A DNA stretch of 64,000 nucleotides, taken from Zygnema circumcarinatum SAG 698-1b (lineage: Eukaryota; Plantae; Zygnematophyceae). Both the position numbers and the translations under genes were made by a program. Location of the stretch: assembly GCA_037447605.1 (NCBI GenBank), contig CM074805.1, positions 1,955,361-2,019,360 on the forward strand. Direction: 5' to 3'. Positions 1 through 11,954 of the stretch are shown one piece after another. Under the pieces are notes generated by a model. That model searched no databases, was not told the origin of the DNA, and saw nothing but the letters and a program-made list of their open reading frames with translations. The stretch's first letter is position 1, and the number at the start of each line of letters is the position of its first letter.

Positions 1-2317
1 TGAGCTACTCTGGTGAGCGCTGACTTTTATTCTCTATGAGACCATCACGTAGCATAAATACAAATGGCTATGATTTTATCTTGACATGTAAGATGAGGAC
101 CCTAAAGTAGTGTTTGTTTAAAGCGCCACAACTTTGTATTGACGTTTGCAGGTGAGCGTGTTCCCGGAGAATCCCCTGTCAGGCGCTCATGAAATTGAGA
201 GTTTTTGTTTGGGCCACACTCTGTATCTTTTTCAGAAACGGAACTATTGCCTACTTCATGACAAAGCACTTCCTATCTTGTCTCTCCCTTCCCAACATTG
301 CCTTTCCCTTGTTCCTTCGCAGTTTCTATATTCTGCCTGTTTTCCTCATATTTACCTCCTCCCCCTTTTATGGCAGTGTACATGGAGCCAACTGAACTCT
401 AAAATAAGTTGCTATTCACATGTTCATAAAATTCTGGAAAGTGTCAATAACTATAGTGATCATGATTTTCAGCTCTATAGGAACCGCAACAATTTCGACT
501 GCTAATGTAAAGCTATGGCATGAGAAAGATGATCGAGCCCCACCTGCTAGCTACCTTGACAGATAACTGAACCGTCAGATTTGTGACATGTGTAGCGTTT
601 ATCGGATTCAATGAGAGAGAACCTGAAGGACTGCTCCTTTCTGGTGGTGGTGATGGCACGGTAAGAGCTAGGACGCTTGCTGTCCTTTCTATAAGCAGTC
701 ATGAGGATCAAGCTGAGGCGAGTGGAATGTTCCGCATTGTCGTGACAGGCTAATCTGTTGCAGAGGAGTATGCTTTCAAAGGAGTGATGGGTGCAAGGAT
801 AGAATCCTTGTTTCAAAAGAGGGACATGGGAAGGACCTTTCTTTCTTAAAGAACAGGAAGACGTCCTGAATGCAAATGGCCAGTTTGGAGCGTCTGCAGG
901 TGCGTCTTTGGGAGCCGACGACTGGCAGGGAACTGCAATGCGTGCCGGTGCAACCTGAGGTATTTTTGTTGCTAAGCCATGAGTTTGCGATGCTTGGGCA
1001 AAGAATGGGTGTGTCTGTGTTCCATCATAGTTTTGGTTTCTATTAGTTTCAACGTTGTCGAAATTCTCTGCAGCGTGTGTGGATTCTGTTGCTGTAGGCC
1101 TTTGCCAGTGAGGAAGGCACCTCCTGCAATGGGAGGGATAACTCTCGATGGTGCAGCGCAGCGCTGATGCTGCCTTCATATCTCTAACGTAGAGTGTGCT
1201 CGGTTCGAAGGGGGAGCATTTGCAGACGAAAAGTTTGTCGGGAGGTGCGGCGGCATTGGAGCAAGAAGCTGAGAACAAGCAGGCAGTGATGGCTTTGGCT
1301 GTGGGATTTGACAACCGCAGCATCGCTGTGTCAGTGGAGAGGTGAGGCTGCCACGCTTCTTCATAGCTGCTATATTCCAGTTGCTTCTTCTTGGGTGGGC
1401 TGTGGCAGGGTCTAACGCCATCGTCCTTGTGGTGTTGTTCATACGAGAAGAATGTGACGCAAATGCCGCCTGGTCGCTCTCATCAGGCGTTCAGAACTGA
1501 TTTCTCCTCCTGAACTTGATCAAATGCTTAAGGAACGGTTGGAATGCAGAGTCGCTGGAGTCTTTCTTCTCGCAGTGGACCTCAGTGCAAAGACTCTGCA
1601 ACTTCTGCAGGTGAAAAACTGATCGTGAGCACAGGAAAGGCGAGATAGACAAGCAGAAAGAGGAGTTGCTCGCTATACACACGATTATTACTCCGAGATG
1701 GTGAAGATGCTTTTGCCTGCAGAGAGTAGTGAGACTCACGATGCTGTCTTTCCTGTTGATTGCAGATGGTGCCTTTTGCGGAACGGTGGCCGCCAACCAG
1801 ACTGCAGTTTGACCCTCATGGGCGCCTATGGCTCGCAGCCGGGGCAGTGCAGGTTGTGGGGAGTGATGATGCTGTTGTGACTCCCCAGGCGTTGGCAGAA
1901 ACTGAGGTGCGGGCTCACGAAATTGCATCCAAAGCAGCAGTGCGCATAGCAGTGCTTATTCCAAAAGGAGAAGAAAGGACTCCGTCTGCAGGTGTAGCGC
2001 TGTCTCCAGCGATTCCTCTCTCTGAAGATGCTGCAAGCGGAGAGTCGAAGGAGACAGCTGACAGGAGGGAGGATGAGGGAAAGAAAGCAGTTGGTGGTGA
2101 TGTCACAGTCCTCATGGATGAGAACATTCCGGGAGGCGAAGAGCTTTTGAGAGCTTTACAAGGAAGTGCGGGAGAAGAGGCACTAGCCGCCATGGCTGCA
2201 GAGGCCGCTGAGTTGACCATAAAGAATGAACTCTGCAAGCGATCCTTCTCTCGGGAAGAGCGCGACTTTCGAAAGAGGCATCGGAACGATCGTCGAGGCC
2301 ATGCGGCTGCGAGATGA
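1..2317 (+). CDS. TRM82: tRNA (guanine-N7)-methyltransferase non-catalytic WD40 subunit (TRM82/WDR4), 5' end outside the window
   Basis: Manual splicing of GT-AG exons 152-222, 579-660, 900-959, 1193-1341, 1550-1610 and 1766-2317 keeps phase. It gives VSVFPENPLSGAHEIESFCLGHTLFVTCVAF...LLLSGGGDGTVRLWE...VFLLAVDLSAKTL...IPGGEELL...KRSFSREERDFRKRHRNDRR, matching motifs I recall from plant TRM82. Confidence 0.9.
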
Positions 2318-2609
2318 CAAAAAGCGATGAATAAAAAGTCGGAGGACTTGTGAGGCTGCAAATGCCGTCTCCTTATGGCTTGTTGGTTGTACCTAACATG
2401 TAATGAATTATTGTATCCTGATAAAGAAGGTGGTGGTGACGTCGTCAAGGAGAGCCTAATGCTGCTGATGATGGGTCCCTGGTGCCTGCGTAGGGGACGC
2501 ACGTGGAGAGTGCACATGCACGGTAAACTAAAACTGAAACTGAGATTGAAACTGGAAGTCTGGACATGAATTGTTTCAATTTCTCAACCTCTCTATCATC
2601 ACGTCATCA

Positions 2610-2672
2610 GTACCTTTTCTTTTCGTAACTTTTCTCCGTCTGATGACTGTGTCAGTCTGACACGCCCTGACC
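2610..2672 (+). mobile_element. Degenerate right-end fragment of the TA-TSD MITE family
   Basis: gtacc..ttttcgtaacttttt...agtctgacacgccct resembles the right half and TIR (aagtctgacaccccct) of the MITE at 35699-35855. Confidence 0.45.
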
Positions 2673-3557
2673 TGATCTGACTCTATATCGTCATGCCCAT
2701 CATCATCAGCTCATGATGTGACCTCGACGGTCCCAATTGCGAGATTTTTGAGATACGGATGGGGGCACATGTATATCTGCCTCGTCAACAGTTCCAGTTC
2801 CGTTACCTTTCCCACGGAATCTGTGGCAGACCATCATCTGCTCTTACTGTTCGTATCGTGTCAAACATTCCGATACGATACGTCCAAGATTCCGTACGGC
2901 CGCCCGTCCCTATGGCTGGAGAGAAAACGTTTTTTTAGAAAATCTGATCTTATTTGTCAAACGAATCGTTCGCTGCCACGTGGCAAATCCACGTTCGACG
3001 AAAAAAATTGGTCCGCAGCTCCTCCGTCCCCGCTTAATGGACGGCTGAGATCCACGTCGGTGGGATCCACTTGTGGATCCGACGGTTCTCGGCGCGTCAG
3101 GCGGCAGCAAGCCTCCCCTCCGTCCTGGGGCGGCTGTACGGAATCGCCGCCCGGGGCCCGCCCTGCAACTTGGCAGGCCGTTGGCCGTACGGACGCAGCG
3201 ATTGTCCACGTGGCGGGAGGCCATTTGCGGATACTTTGCACATCACGCGACAGGCGCGTTATTGCATACTGTACCGTCGGGCCGACATCGCCGTACGGTC
3301 GAGCTATTTTTTACTGGGGGGTGTCCACCAATGAAGATGCGTCACGTGTACAAAAGTGTGTACGTGTCGAGTCCCCATTGGAGGTTTTTCAAGTGTAAGT
3401 TAAGGCGAAAAGGCTCTCGTCCGCGGAGTCGAGGACCGGCGCGGGAGGGAGAGGGAGAGGGAGAGGGAGAGGCCGGGAGGAAAAGGGACTTGCATTGCAG
3501 AACGGAAAGAGAGGAGAGGAAAGGGTTCGTTGTTGGCAGACTGCGGGGAGAGGAAGG

Positions 3558-6500
3558 ATGGGCGGCGACTCAGACTTTCTCATTTACAATGTGCTCCTGC
3601 CTGTGGAAGGGGATGGCCGCAGCGGGTGCGTGTGCTGTGGCACTCTTATGAGGGAAGTAGGGGCTAGCCTCAGGGATGAGAGCTGACGCTTCTTGTGGTG
3701 TGTGTGAGGGAGCGCAGATACGGCAAGTTTGATGTCTTGCTTTCAGGAGGTCTCATCGCCAGCGTGGAACCTACTTCCGGGAAGGTTCCAGAGGTTTCAG
3801 GAGTTTGCGAGCTTGTTGACGGCACGAACAAGATGGTGCGAGTTAACCCTAAAAAAATTATGCCATTGATCTTCGGCAAGTAAGGGAACTTCGCTGACTC
3901 TCTGTGTTGGCTGCTGCAGCTCTTGCCGGGCTTTGTGAACGCCCATGCTCACAGCATCGAACAGTGGGGCCGCGGCACAGTCAAGATGATGGTAGCGCAT
4001 CTCTCCCTCCTTCCCTCCCTCCCTCCGTCCTTCCCTCGCTCTGCTCTTCTTCGGTAATGCAGTTGCTACAGCTGGTGCGGCGCGCCTGAGATACAAGTGG
4101 GGTTGAGTTGGGCTACAGCCGTTGGAGCTGTGGGTGGATATGATGTACAAGCACTGCGATCCCCGGAGGGACCCCTCCTGTCCCCCAAGCAGGGCGAGTG
4201 CCTCTCTTCCTACTTCCGTTCTCTCAGCTCCGTATTAGCGCCTGCAGTCACATTGGGGCCTGAAAGACTGAGAGAGTGGGAGTCTCCCGCGGGTAGTAGA
4301 GGAGGGTCCGTCTGTGATTGACCCTGAGAGGCAACATGGTTTTCATGTGATCAGGTTTACCTCTCAGCGCTGCACACAGGCGTGGAGACGCTCATGTCGG
4401 GCGGGACGGCTATCATGGACCATCTGTAGGGCTTCATTTTGAGCTGTTTATTTTTCGTCATGCAGCAGCTCCAATTGTCCTTTTATGCATCTTCGTGTCC
4501 AGTATATTATAGTTGCTAGTTTTTTAGCGTTCTTTTTTATGCTTGTTTTTGCAGGTTCTGTCGCGACATTAATGATGTGGAGGCGGCCGTGATGGCATAC
4601 AAGCAGCTGGGCATTCGGGCATTCATTGCGCCGTAAGCTCTTCGGCACTTCTTCTTGGCGCTCGTCATCATGTTTTGTGCTTTAGAGAGATGGAGGAGAA
4701 CCTGTGAACTCACAATGATGGGGAAACTTCTTTGAAAGCTGTGCCATTCCCTTGCTCTGACCTGAAGGGATGGATGGGTTGCTTTGGTGCTCCTCCAACA
4801 TCAGCATGCTCGGCGACTTAGACAGGCTTGTGAGAATCCTTGCCCTTAATCCATTCGCAATACCGAAAAATTCTCTAAGAGATTAGAACAACACCCACGT
4901 CACCTATGATTCTAAACAGCATTGCATGCTAGACCCGGAGGGGTGCACGAATATTGTCCGTCAAGTTGAGGGGCAGCAGTCAGGGAGAGTGTAAAAAGGG
5001 GAGGGAATGCCTCGCAGAAAAGCGACTGCTTTGTATTGGAATGCTAGCACTAGGAGGCAGAGCATAAGCTGCGATTCCTGACTCGTCCTCTCCGGAGCCC
5101 TGCAGAATATGTATCCTCTTGTGGGCAATGCTGCCGAGATGAATGAGAAGGCCAAGGCTGCCGATACTACGTGCAACGGTCTCGGCCCCAATGGGGACTT
5201 CCGAGAAAGCCTCCCCCCTCGCGATGTAAGTCCCTTCGGAAGCCCAAATCGCGAAACTCCTAATGATTACACGCTAATGATTCCTTGCCCTACACATAGT
5301 CGAACGAAAATAGAAGAAGCTGATAGCAGTGGCGCTGCTGGAGAGCAGCCTGCAGAAACCAAAAGGTTGATGGACCTTTGGACGGAGTCAGTGGAGAGGT
5401 TTCATAACCCAAGCAGCGGCATCAACATTGCTGTGGGGCCAATGCAGAACTGGTCAGCTTCGGTGGGTGCAGAGCGGAAGCCTTTCTGACCTAATCCTGC
5501 TCAATTTCGCTATCGGATTTCTGGAAAATGCTCGAGAATACCAAAGTTGAGAAGCAAGCAAGCTGCTGATCGTAGGGAGCTGTGGAGGGGTTGGCAGGAT
5601 GAGCTGATTCAGCAGAGTGTTGCGCTGCGGCAGAAGTACAACCTTTGTGGCCACATTCACCTGTTGGAGTCACGCGCACAGAAGTGCGTAACTTCGAGCA
5701 ACAACTGGCACGGACGTTTTTTTAATGGGAAATTGAAAGTGTTTTTGAAATGCATGGGGTGATTAAAGTTGTAACGTTGATTACTTGGAGGGAGCAGACT
5801 CATGAGTCGGACAAAATATCCTGACGGCGGAGCAGTGAAAAAGTTGAAGGAACTCGGGTGGCTCGACCTTCCGGGAACATCATGTGCTCACTCCGTGTGG
5901 TTGGTAAGCACACCCTGCAAGAGGGCTGCTCCTATCTGCCAAAAAAAAAATAACCCCCCTAAAAAACCTAATGTGTCGGTCAACTGTAGGACTCCACGAT
6001 TTAAGGAGCATGTGCAGCAGTTTGAAGGGAGAAGGGGGGGAACTGCAGGATGAGGAGGATCAGAAAATTATGGCTGAGTGCGGGGCAGTGGCGGTGCACA
6101 ATCCCCTCTCCAATACGCGACTCGGCTCCGGCATTGCACCCATTAAGTATGGACGTTCATCCTTGCAAGGATGCACATTTGATACGTGAAGCAGACGCAA
6201 CTCTTGCTTTTGCATTTGAATGCATGATTTAGTCTCATTCAGGCAAATGGAACGAGGAGGATGCAGGGAGTACGCGAGCCGGGGAGTGACTGTGGCTATT
6301 GGCTGTGATGGATCATGCTCCAATGATGGGCAAGACATGCTGGAAGCCGTGAAGTTGGCTTGCATTCTCAGCCCGGTCAGAACCCCGTACCTCTCTCCAG
6401 ATAGAAATTTGTTTGCAGTTTTTTATGAAGCAGAGTCCTGCAGTGCAGCGTGAAGCATTTCCAATGCTGAGCCGCAGCCTTGGAAAGCTCAAGGATGTTG

Positions 6501-7613
6501 AATAGGCTGACAGCTTAAGTGCATATCCATATATATATCCATTACCCGGATGCTGAAGAGGTAGAGGGTGTATGGGACTCCAGTTAACCTCCCCGGATTA
6601 TCGCAACTGGGCTTCAACAAGGGAGGTTTTGAAAATGGCTTCGGAAGGCGGAGCAGCCGCGATAGGGCTCAAGGGGCGCGTAGGAGCCGTCAAGTCGGGC
6701 TATATGGCGGACCTGGTGAGTGATAACTCTACTGCTCTCCCGGCCCCTTGCTTCCATCGAACCCCTTTGGCAGAGTGGCCACTGAGTAGGGAGGTAAACG
6801 CTGAATTTCTCTGCAGGTGTTGTACGACCTGACTGCGCTCTCTTTGCTTCCCAGAACGGATCCTGTTGGCCTCCTCGTGTTGGGCCGACCAAGGTCAGTT
6901 TTCTCCTCGCAATCAACAGGGTTCTGTTTGGTGTAACGGTGGCGACTGCAGTTGCAGGTTGTCTGAGTTCTGTTTTTTTGCAAACTGAACGGACATGGGG
7001 GGGGGTGAGGAGGGCAGCGCTGGAGCTGGCGGTAATGCCTTGCACTCCGTGTGGGTGGACGGTCGCCGTGTGCTTCATGGTGAGAACAGCCAATCTTTCA
7101 AAAGTTCTCTATACGTTTCTTGATTGGTTCTGTCTGCGTCACTGTGAGATTTAGAAGGGTTACATGTTCGATACTTGGTTTAACCTGGGGGGTCAGCGCA
7201 GATGGTGTGCCTGCAAACGTGGACCTGCGAACTCTCCGCAACCAGTTGATGGAGGCGCAACCCGAATATCTGGACCCTGAGTCCACTGATCCGACCGGCA
7301 CTGCAGGAGAGGTGCGATACAGAAACCAGGCCCATTTCCCCTCTCCCTCCTTCCCCCCTCACCCTTGCCATGTGCCCCACCTTTGCTCTCCCTCTCCCTC
7401 TCCCACTCCCTCTCCCTCCTCGCTCACAGTTGTGGCTTCTGCAGGGATGCCATAGCTGCTGCTGACATGGCATGCATGGTGCAGGCTGAGTACCGGGCGG
7501 CCATGGGGCTGGAGGGGCCCGAGTACCTTGCCAAGACTGGGCAAGCTGTCTACTCAAACTTTCCGCAGTACCGCGTCAACTACGACGCCGACATGCTGCC
7601 TTCAAGCCACTGA
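3558..7613 (+). CDS. Metal-dependent amidohydrolase (AtzA/TrzA, MTA/SAH-deaminase-like), cyanobacterial-type, about 18 exons
   Basis: Spliced motifs: MGGDSDFLIYNVLLP; LLPGFVNAHAHS (HxH); PLELW; VYLSALHTGVETLMSGGTAIMDHL; GIRAFIAP; GHIHLLE; CAHSVW; HNPLSNTRLGSGIAP; IGCDGSCSNDGQDMLEA; ADLVLYDLTALSLLPRTDPVGLLVLGRP; SVWVDG; EYRAAMGL. Stop at 7611-7613. The acceptor of the last exon is uncertain. Confidence 0.9.
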
Positions 7614-8527
7614 GAGCCTCCTCCTCCTGCAGACTCGTGCAAATAAGTGCCCTGTGTGCGCTGCATGAGAGCCATCACTCAGAGTCTTAGGTGAAATGAT
7701 CTTTTTGTCGCGATGGGAAACTGTGTGCATAGTCAGTAGGCCTGCGTGAGCTTTAGTTGAGAGGTTTACGTAGGCTTGCGTGTGGGTTACGGTTTGTTGG
7801 AGAGTGAATAATGGTTATTTATTAATATTCAAGGTTTAAGTTTGTACTTGGTCGAAAGTTTGTGTATCCGTTGCAAGCTGTTTCAGATGCGGAGTACTGT
7901 ACTTGTGGAGATATGGGCGACACGTTCTGCAAAGCTTGGACGTTAACACACAAACAGGGTGAACAAGGGAACATCTGTGGTGCAATGTTTGCTTGGATGA
8001 ATAGCAATTGGGCCGAGTATGGCCAACAGAACACACAACCACACAGACCTTAAAGCAGGTTCGAACGTTGTCCATACACATTCGGACCCCATCCATCATC
8101 ATCACCATCAGAGCATTCCCGCTGCCCTCCCCTCTCCCTTCAGGTCCAAACGCAGAGCCCCCCTCAACCCTTTCTTTCCGTCCCTACATTTGTGCTCGGT
8201 TCGCCCTCGGCTTAACCCCCATGGCCGTACCGTACGGCGCGAGAGGCGTTTGTACGGAAGGGCCGGCCAGGGCCAGGGCTGAGAGCGAGGCCCTCTGCCG
8301 GCCAAGAGCGCTCCCCCCATTCGGCGGCCATAAGTTGAGCCTGACCGGCGCAACCCTAATTCTGCCTCCCTCTCTCCCTCCGTCCTCCCTCCCTCCCCTC
8401 CCTGCCTGCAGCCGCCGCCTCCAGAGCAGCAAGGCCTGCTTCTGCTGTAGTCGGAGCATTCCGCACGCCCTGCGTGAATCCCTCGCGCTTGCTCAGGCCT
8501 GTCCTCGGAATCTAACAGCTGTAGTTT

Positions 8528-11500
8528 ATGAGGTAAGCGTGTGCATCGCAGTTTTAGTGGCTTTTTTTGTCGTTGGGGTTTCAGCAGCGCTCGCTAGGCA
8601 GGCATCTGTTATATGGCCGGGTTTGTCGGCCCTATTGATGATTGGTTGCTGGTTTGCGGTTGGATTGCAGCTCGAAGGAGAAGCCGACTCTTGGGTAAGC
8701 CCGACCTCTTGATTTTTCTCTCGGATGAATGTTTATCTCAAATCTGCTTATTGAATTGAGCACACTCAGCATGTGGCAGGTAAGCTCGACCTGAGAAGTC
8801 CCGGTGGCTGGGTGTTGGTGTGCAGCGGCACGCGGATCAAGACCCGCAAACGGAACATTGCTGTTCCGTTGGACCCGACCAGCTTTGCGGGTGCAATTGT
8901 GCAAATCTATCTGGAGCATCAGGGGGACTTGGTACGTATCTCGTCCGAAAGCCTCTGCTGTGATCAAACGTTTTCCTTCCCTGTAAGAGAAGTGACCCCC
9001 GTTTTTCTCTATTTCAGGAACTCGTTGCCAAGGACATCGACTCTTCAGAGCTCGATTTCTCCCGCTATGGCGAGACTTTCTTTGAGGTAAGGAGCATTGC
9101 CATGGTTGAGGTCTGTCACCAAACGGTTCACGACTCTTCGATGTTTTCAAACATCTGCTAAGTGAAACTAGGAATTTTGCTGTAGCTATGTCCGTTGGGT
9201 GAGGCCTATCTTCAACCCCTCAATGGCCGGCGTCTTTTGGTGAAGCTTGTTTCTCGTGTATGTGTGTTCGGGTCTCCATCCAAAAGGCCAGTGATGTCAT
9301 CAACACCATTGCCTGACTACTTTGATGCAAACATAACACCTGACAATGTCTGAGGCCTTAGATGGAGTACCATGTTGATTTACATCGAGGGCATGCTGCT
9401 GCCACCTGTTTTGATGCTCCTTCCACTAGGTGCCAATTGATGAGTGTGTTAATGTCCGGAATCGCAGCCTATTTGCAGCCTCAATGAAATGTGAATAAGA
9501 ACTGGGAGGTGAGCTGTGGGGTCCGTGAACGTGCAAACTTCGCAGATTGTCCTTGCTGGCGGCCGCATGCAGCCTGGCACCACGAAGCCAGAGGAAGGAG
9601 CGGAACGACAGCTATGGAATGTCTTGACTTGTCTACCTGAGAGAGATGCCATCATTCCACATGTGCTGTTCATTCAAAAGATCCTTCGCCGTCGGCCATT
9701 TATGATTAAATCTCTTGAAAACGTGATTCGCCGGACGATTCAATCCCTTGTGAGTAATTTTCTACTTAGACCCATTTCTTTAGGGAGACTGCCGCTATGT
9801 CAGGTCGTTTGCTTTCAGACAATCAAAGTCACCAGTTAGCACTTATATCACTGATGGCCGTGTGTTTGCAGGAGTTGTATCCTACAGAAGATCGGAAGAA
9901 GGTAGCCGTGTTGACTGCACTCTGCTTCTCCCAGAGATTTACTGGACTGGCCCCAGATTTCGTCTTCAGCGCTCTCCTCAATGACAGTCTTGTGTCCAAG
10001 GGCACCTCGTTGGGATTCGTCACTGAATTTTTTACTGTATTTTTGTCCGAGACCAGCCTCGACGAGTTGGTGGGATTGCTCAAACGTGGCAAGATAGATG
10101 AGCGTCTTCTGGAATTCTTCCCCACGCAGAAGCAAACTCCAGAAGCTTTCAGCGACCATTTCAGGTGACCTTTAAATAGAGGCCTTGGTGAAGTGGTTCA
10201 GGGCGTTGGAGTTGAACTGGAAAGGTGCTCCTATGGACAGCAGCTTTTGGCACTTGCTCTGTCCTTCTTCACACTTGGCTTCTGGTGGCTATTTCCTTCT
10301 TCGTCTGCTAATCGTGGAAGAAACAACCGATACTTGCTTTTCTCCAATCAGCTTGTAGCCTTTTCAAAGAATGAAGGGTGTAGGGGAGGAAGGGATTCAC
10401 ATTTTTCGGTTTTTTTGTACTGTGAACCTGTTCTGCATTTGTTTGATTGCCGTTTCTACTTTATTGGATCGCTATCTGAATTCTTTTTCCAATGTATCAT
10501 GCTTTCCTTCTTTCATGTTTTCGCATCTAGGGGCTATGAATCATAGTGAATATTGGAAGCAGTGCTTTGGAATCCTTGAGCCCATCCCATTTGGGAGAGT
10601 GAGAAGTGGGAACAGTGAGAAGGATGTTTCTTATCATATCTTACTTATCTTACCTTACCTTATCTTATCTTATCTTACCTCATGGAAGTTTAGTGAAAGG
10701 TTCTCTTTCTCATTCTTCCATCATCTCCAGGCCTGTTGAGCTCTTTTGCAGAAAAAATTTAATTAGTTAGAATTTGGCGTGCTCATTGCCACGGTGGTTC
10801 TTTTTTCTTTTTGCAGCAAAGCTGGCCTCGCCAAGCTTGTAGAGTACAACAAAAAGGTGGTGTTTGACGTGAAGCTGAAGGAGATGCAGACGCAACTGTC
10901 TGACATGATATCGGAGAATGCGGATGTAAAGGAGGTCATTGAAGTCGTGAAGTCGCGGCGGAAAGAGGCTGGTCTGGCGGATATTGATGTTGTTCGCACA
11001 CTCTGGGAGGTTATCATGGGCGCTGTCCAATGGTCTGGGAAAAATCAACAGCAGAACTTGAATACAGCGCTTCGTCAGGTATGCCTGTGTTTCTTTCACT
11101 CTTTTCTCGTGAATATTGTCATGATTTGGGCGTGTTTCTTCGTTTGACAAACACAAAACGTGTTCCTTACGAAACGTGTTCCTTACGAAACGTGTTCGTT
11201 TCTTCTATGTTTTTCTGAAGCATACGCCTTTGACTGCCCTTTTGATTTTATAACTGTGCTTGATGTGCTCTCGTGCTCCTTTGAATTTGCTGCTTATTGT
11301 GTTGATTCTGAGACCTGCAGGTGAAGACCTGGGGCACACTCCTAGGAGCCTTCTGCACGACAGCCAAGCTGGAGTTGGAGCTCTTGTACAAGATACAAAT
11401 GCAGTGTTACGAGGATGCCAAAGTGCAAAAACTCTTCCCTGATTTCGTTCGCACACTCTATGATAGTGATGTCCTAGCAGAGGATACCATCCTTCTTTGG

Positions 11501-11954
11501 TTTCGGAAGGGCAGCAATCCAAAGGGCAGGTCAGTCGTACTTTGCACTTATCTTGCTCTGGTGATACTTGTATGGCTCTTCTGTCTGTTGCCTATAAAGA
11601 TTCCACGAGCAGCGATGCAGTGCTGCCGTTTGTGAAAGAAGGTCAAAGCGTAAAGGGTCAGCTGTCCAGAGGTCATTCGATTGGCACAGGTAGGTTGGAT
11701 GCTGTAAATGATCCTTGTCGGGGAGCAGTGCTTTGGTGAGAGTTTGTTGCATTGCTTAGAATATGTGCCACTCGTTCTGAGTTTCTGATTTTGCATCTGG
11801 AGTCTTTGAAGAGCTTGAACGAGGTAGTACGCGTCATTGGCCTTCACAGTGTGAACTGAGTGGTGAGTGTAATCTGGGCATTTGCAGGCAACTCTTTGTG
11901 AAGTCCTTGGAACCATTTGTCAAGTGGCTTGAAGAGGCGGAAGAAGAAGATTAA
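8528..11954 (+). CDS. BZW: Basic leucine zipper and W2 domain protein (BZW / eIF5-mimic 5MP)
   Basis: Approximate exons: 8528-8532 (ATG AG), 8671-8694, 8826-8931, 9019-9087, 9547-9749, 9872-10164, 10818-11078, 11321-11530, 11888-11954. They give MSSKEKPTLGGTRIKTRKRNIA...QWSGKNQQQN...LELELLYKIQMQCYED...LAEDTILLWFRKG...PFVKWLEEAEEED*. Confidence 0.96.

Noticed and set aside
547-1323. 258-aa minus-strand ORF
   Set aside because: It is antisense to phase-consistent TRM82 exons and has no recognisable motifs.
8019-8282. His-tract ORF and B-box-like GGTTCGAAC upstream of BZW
   Set aside because: No A-box or cloverleaf and no family motif; most likely promoter or 5' flank sequence.
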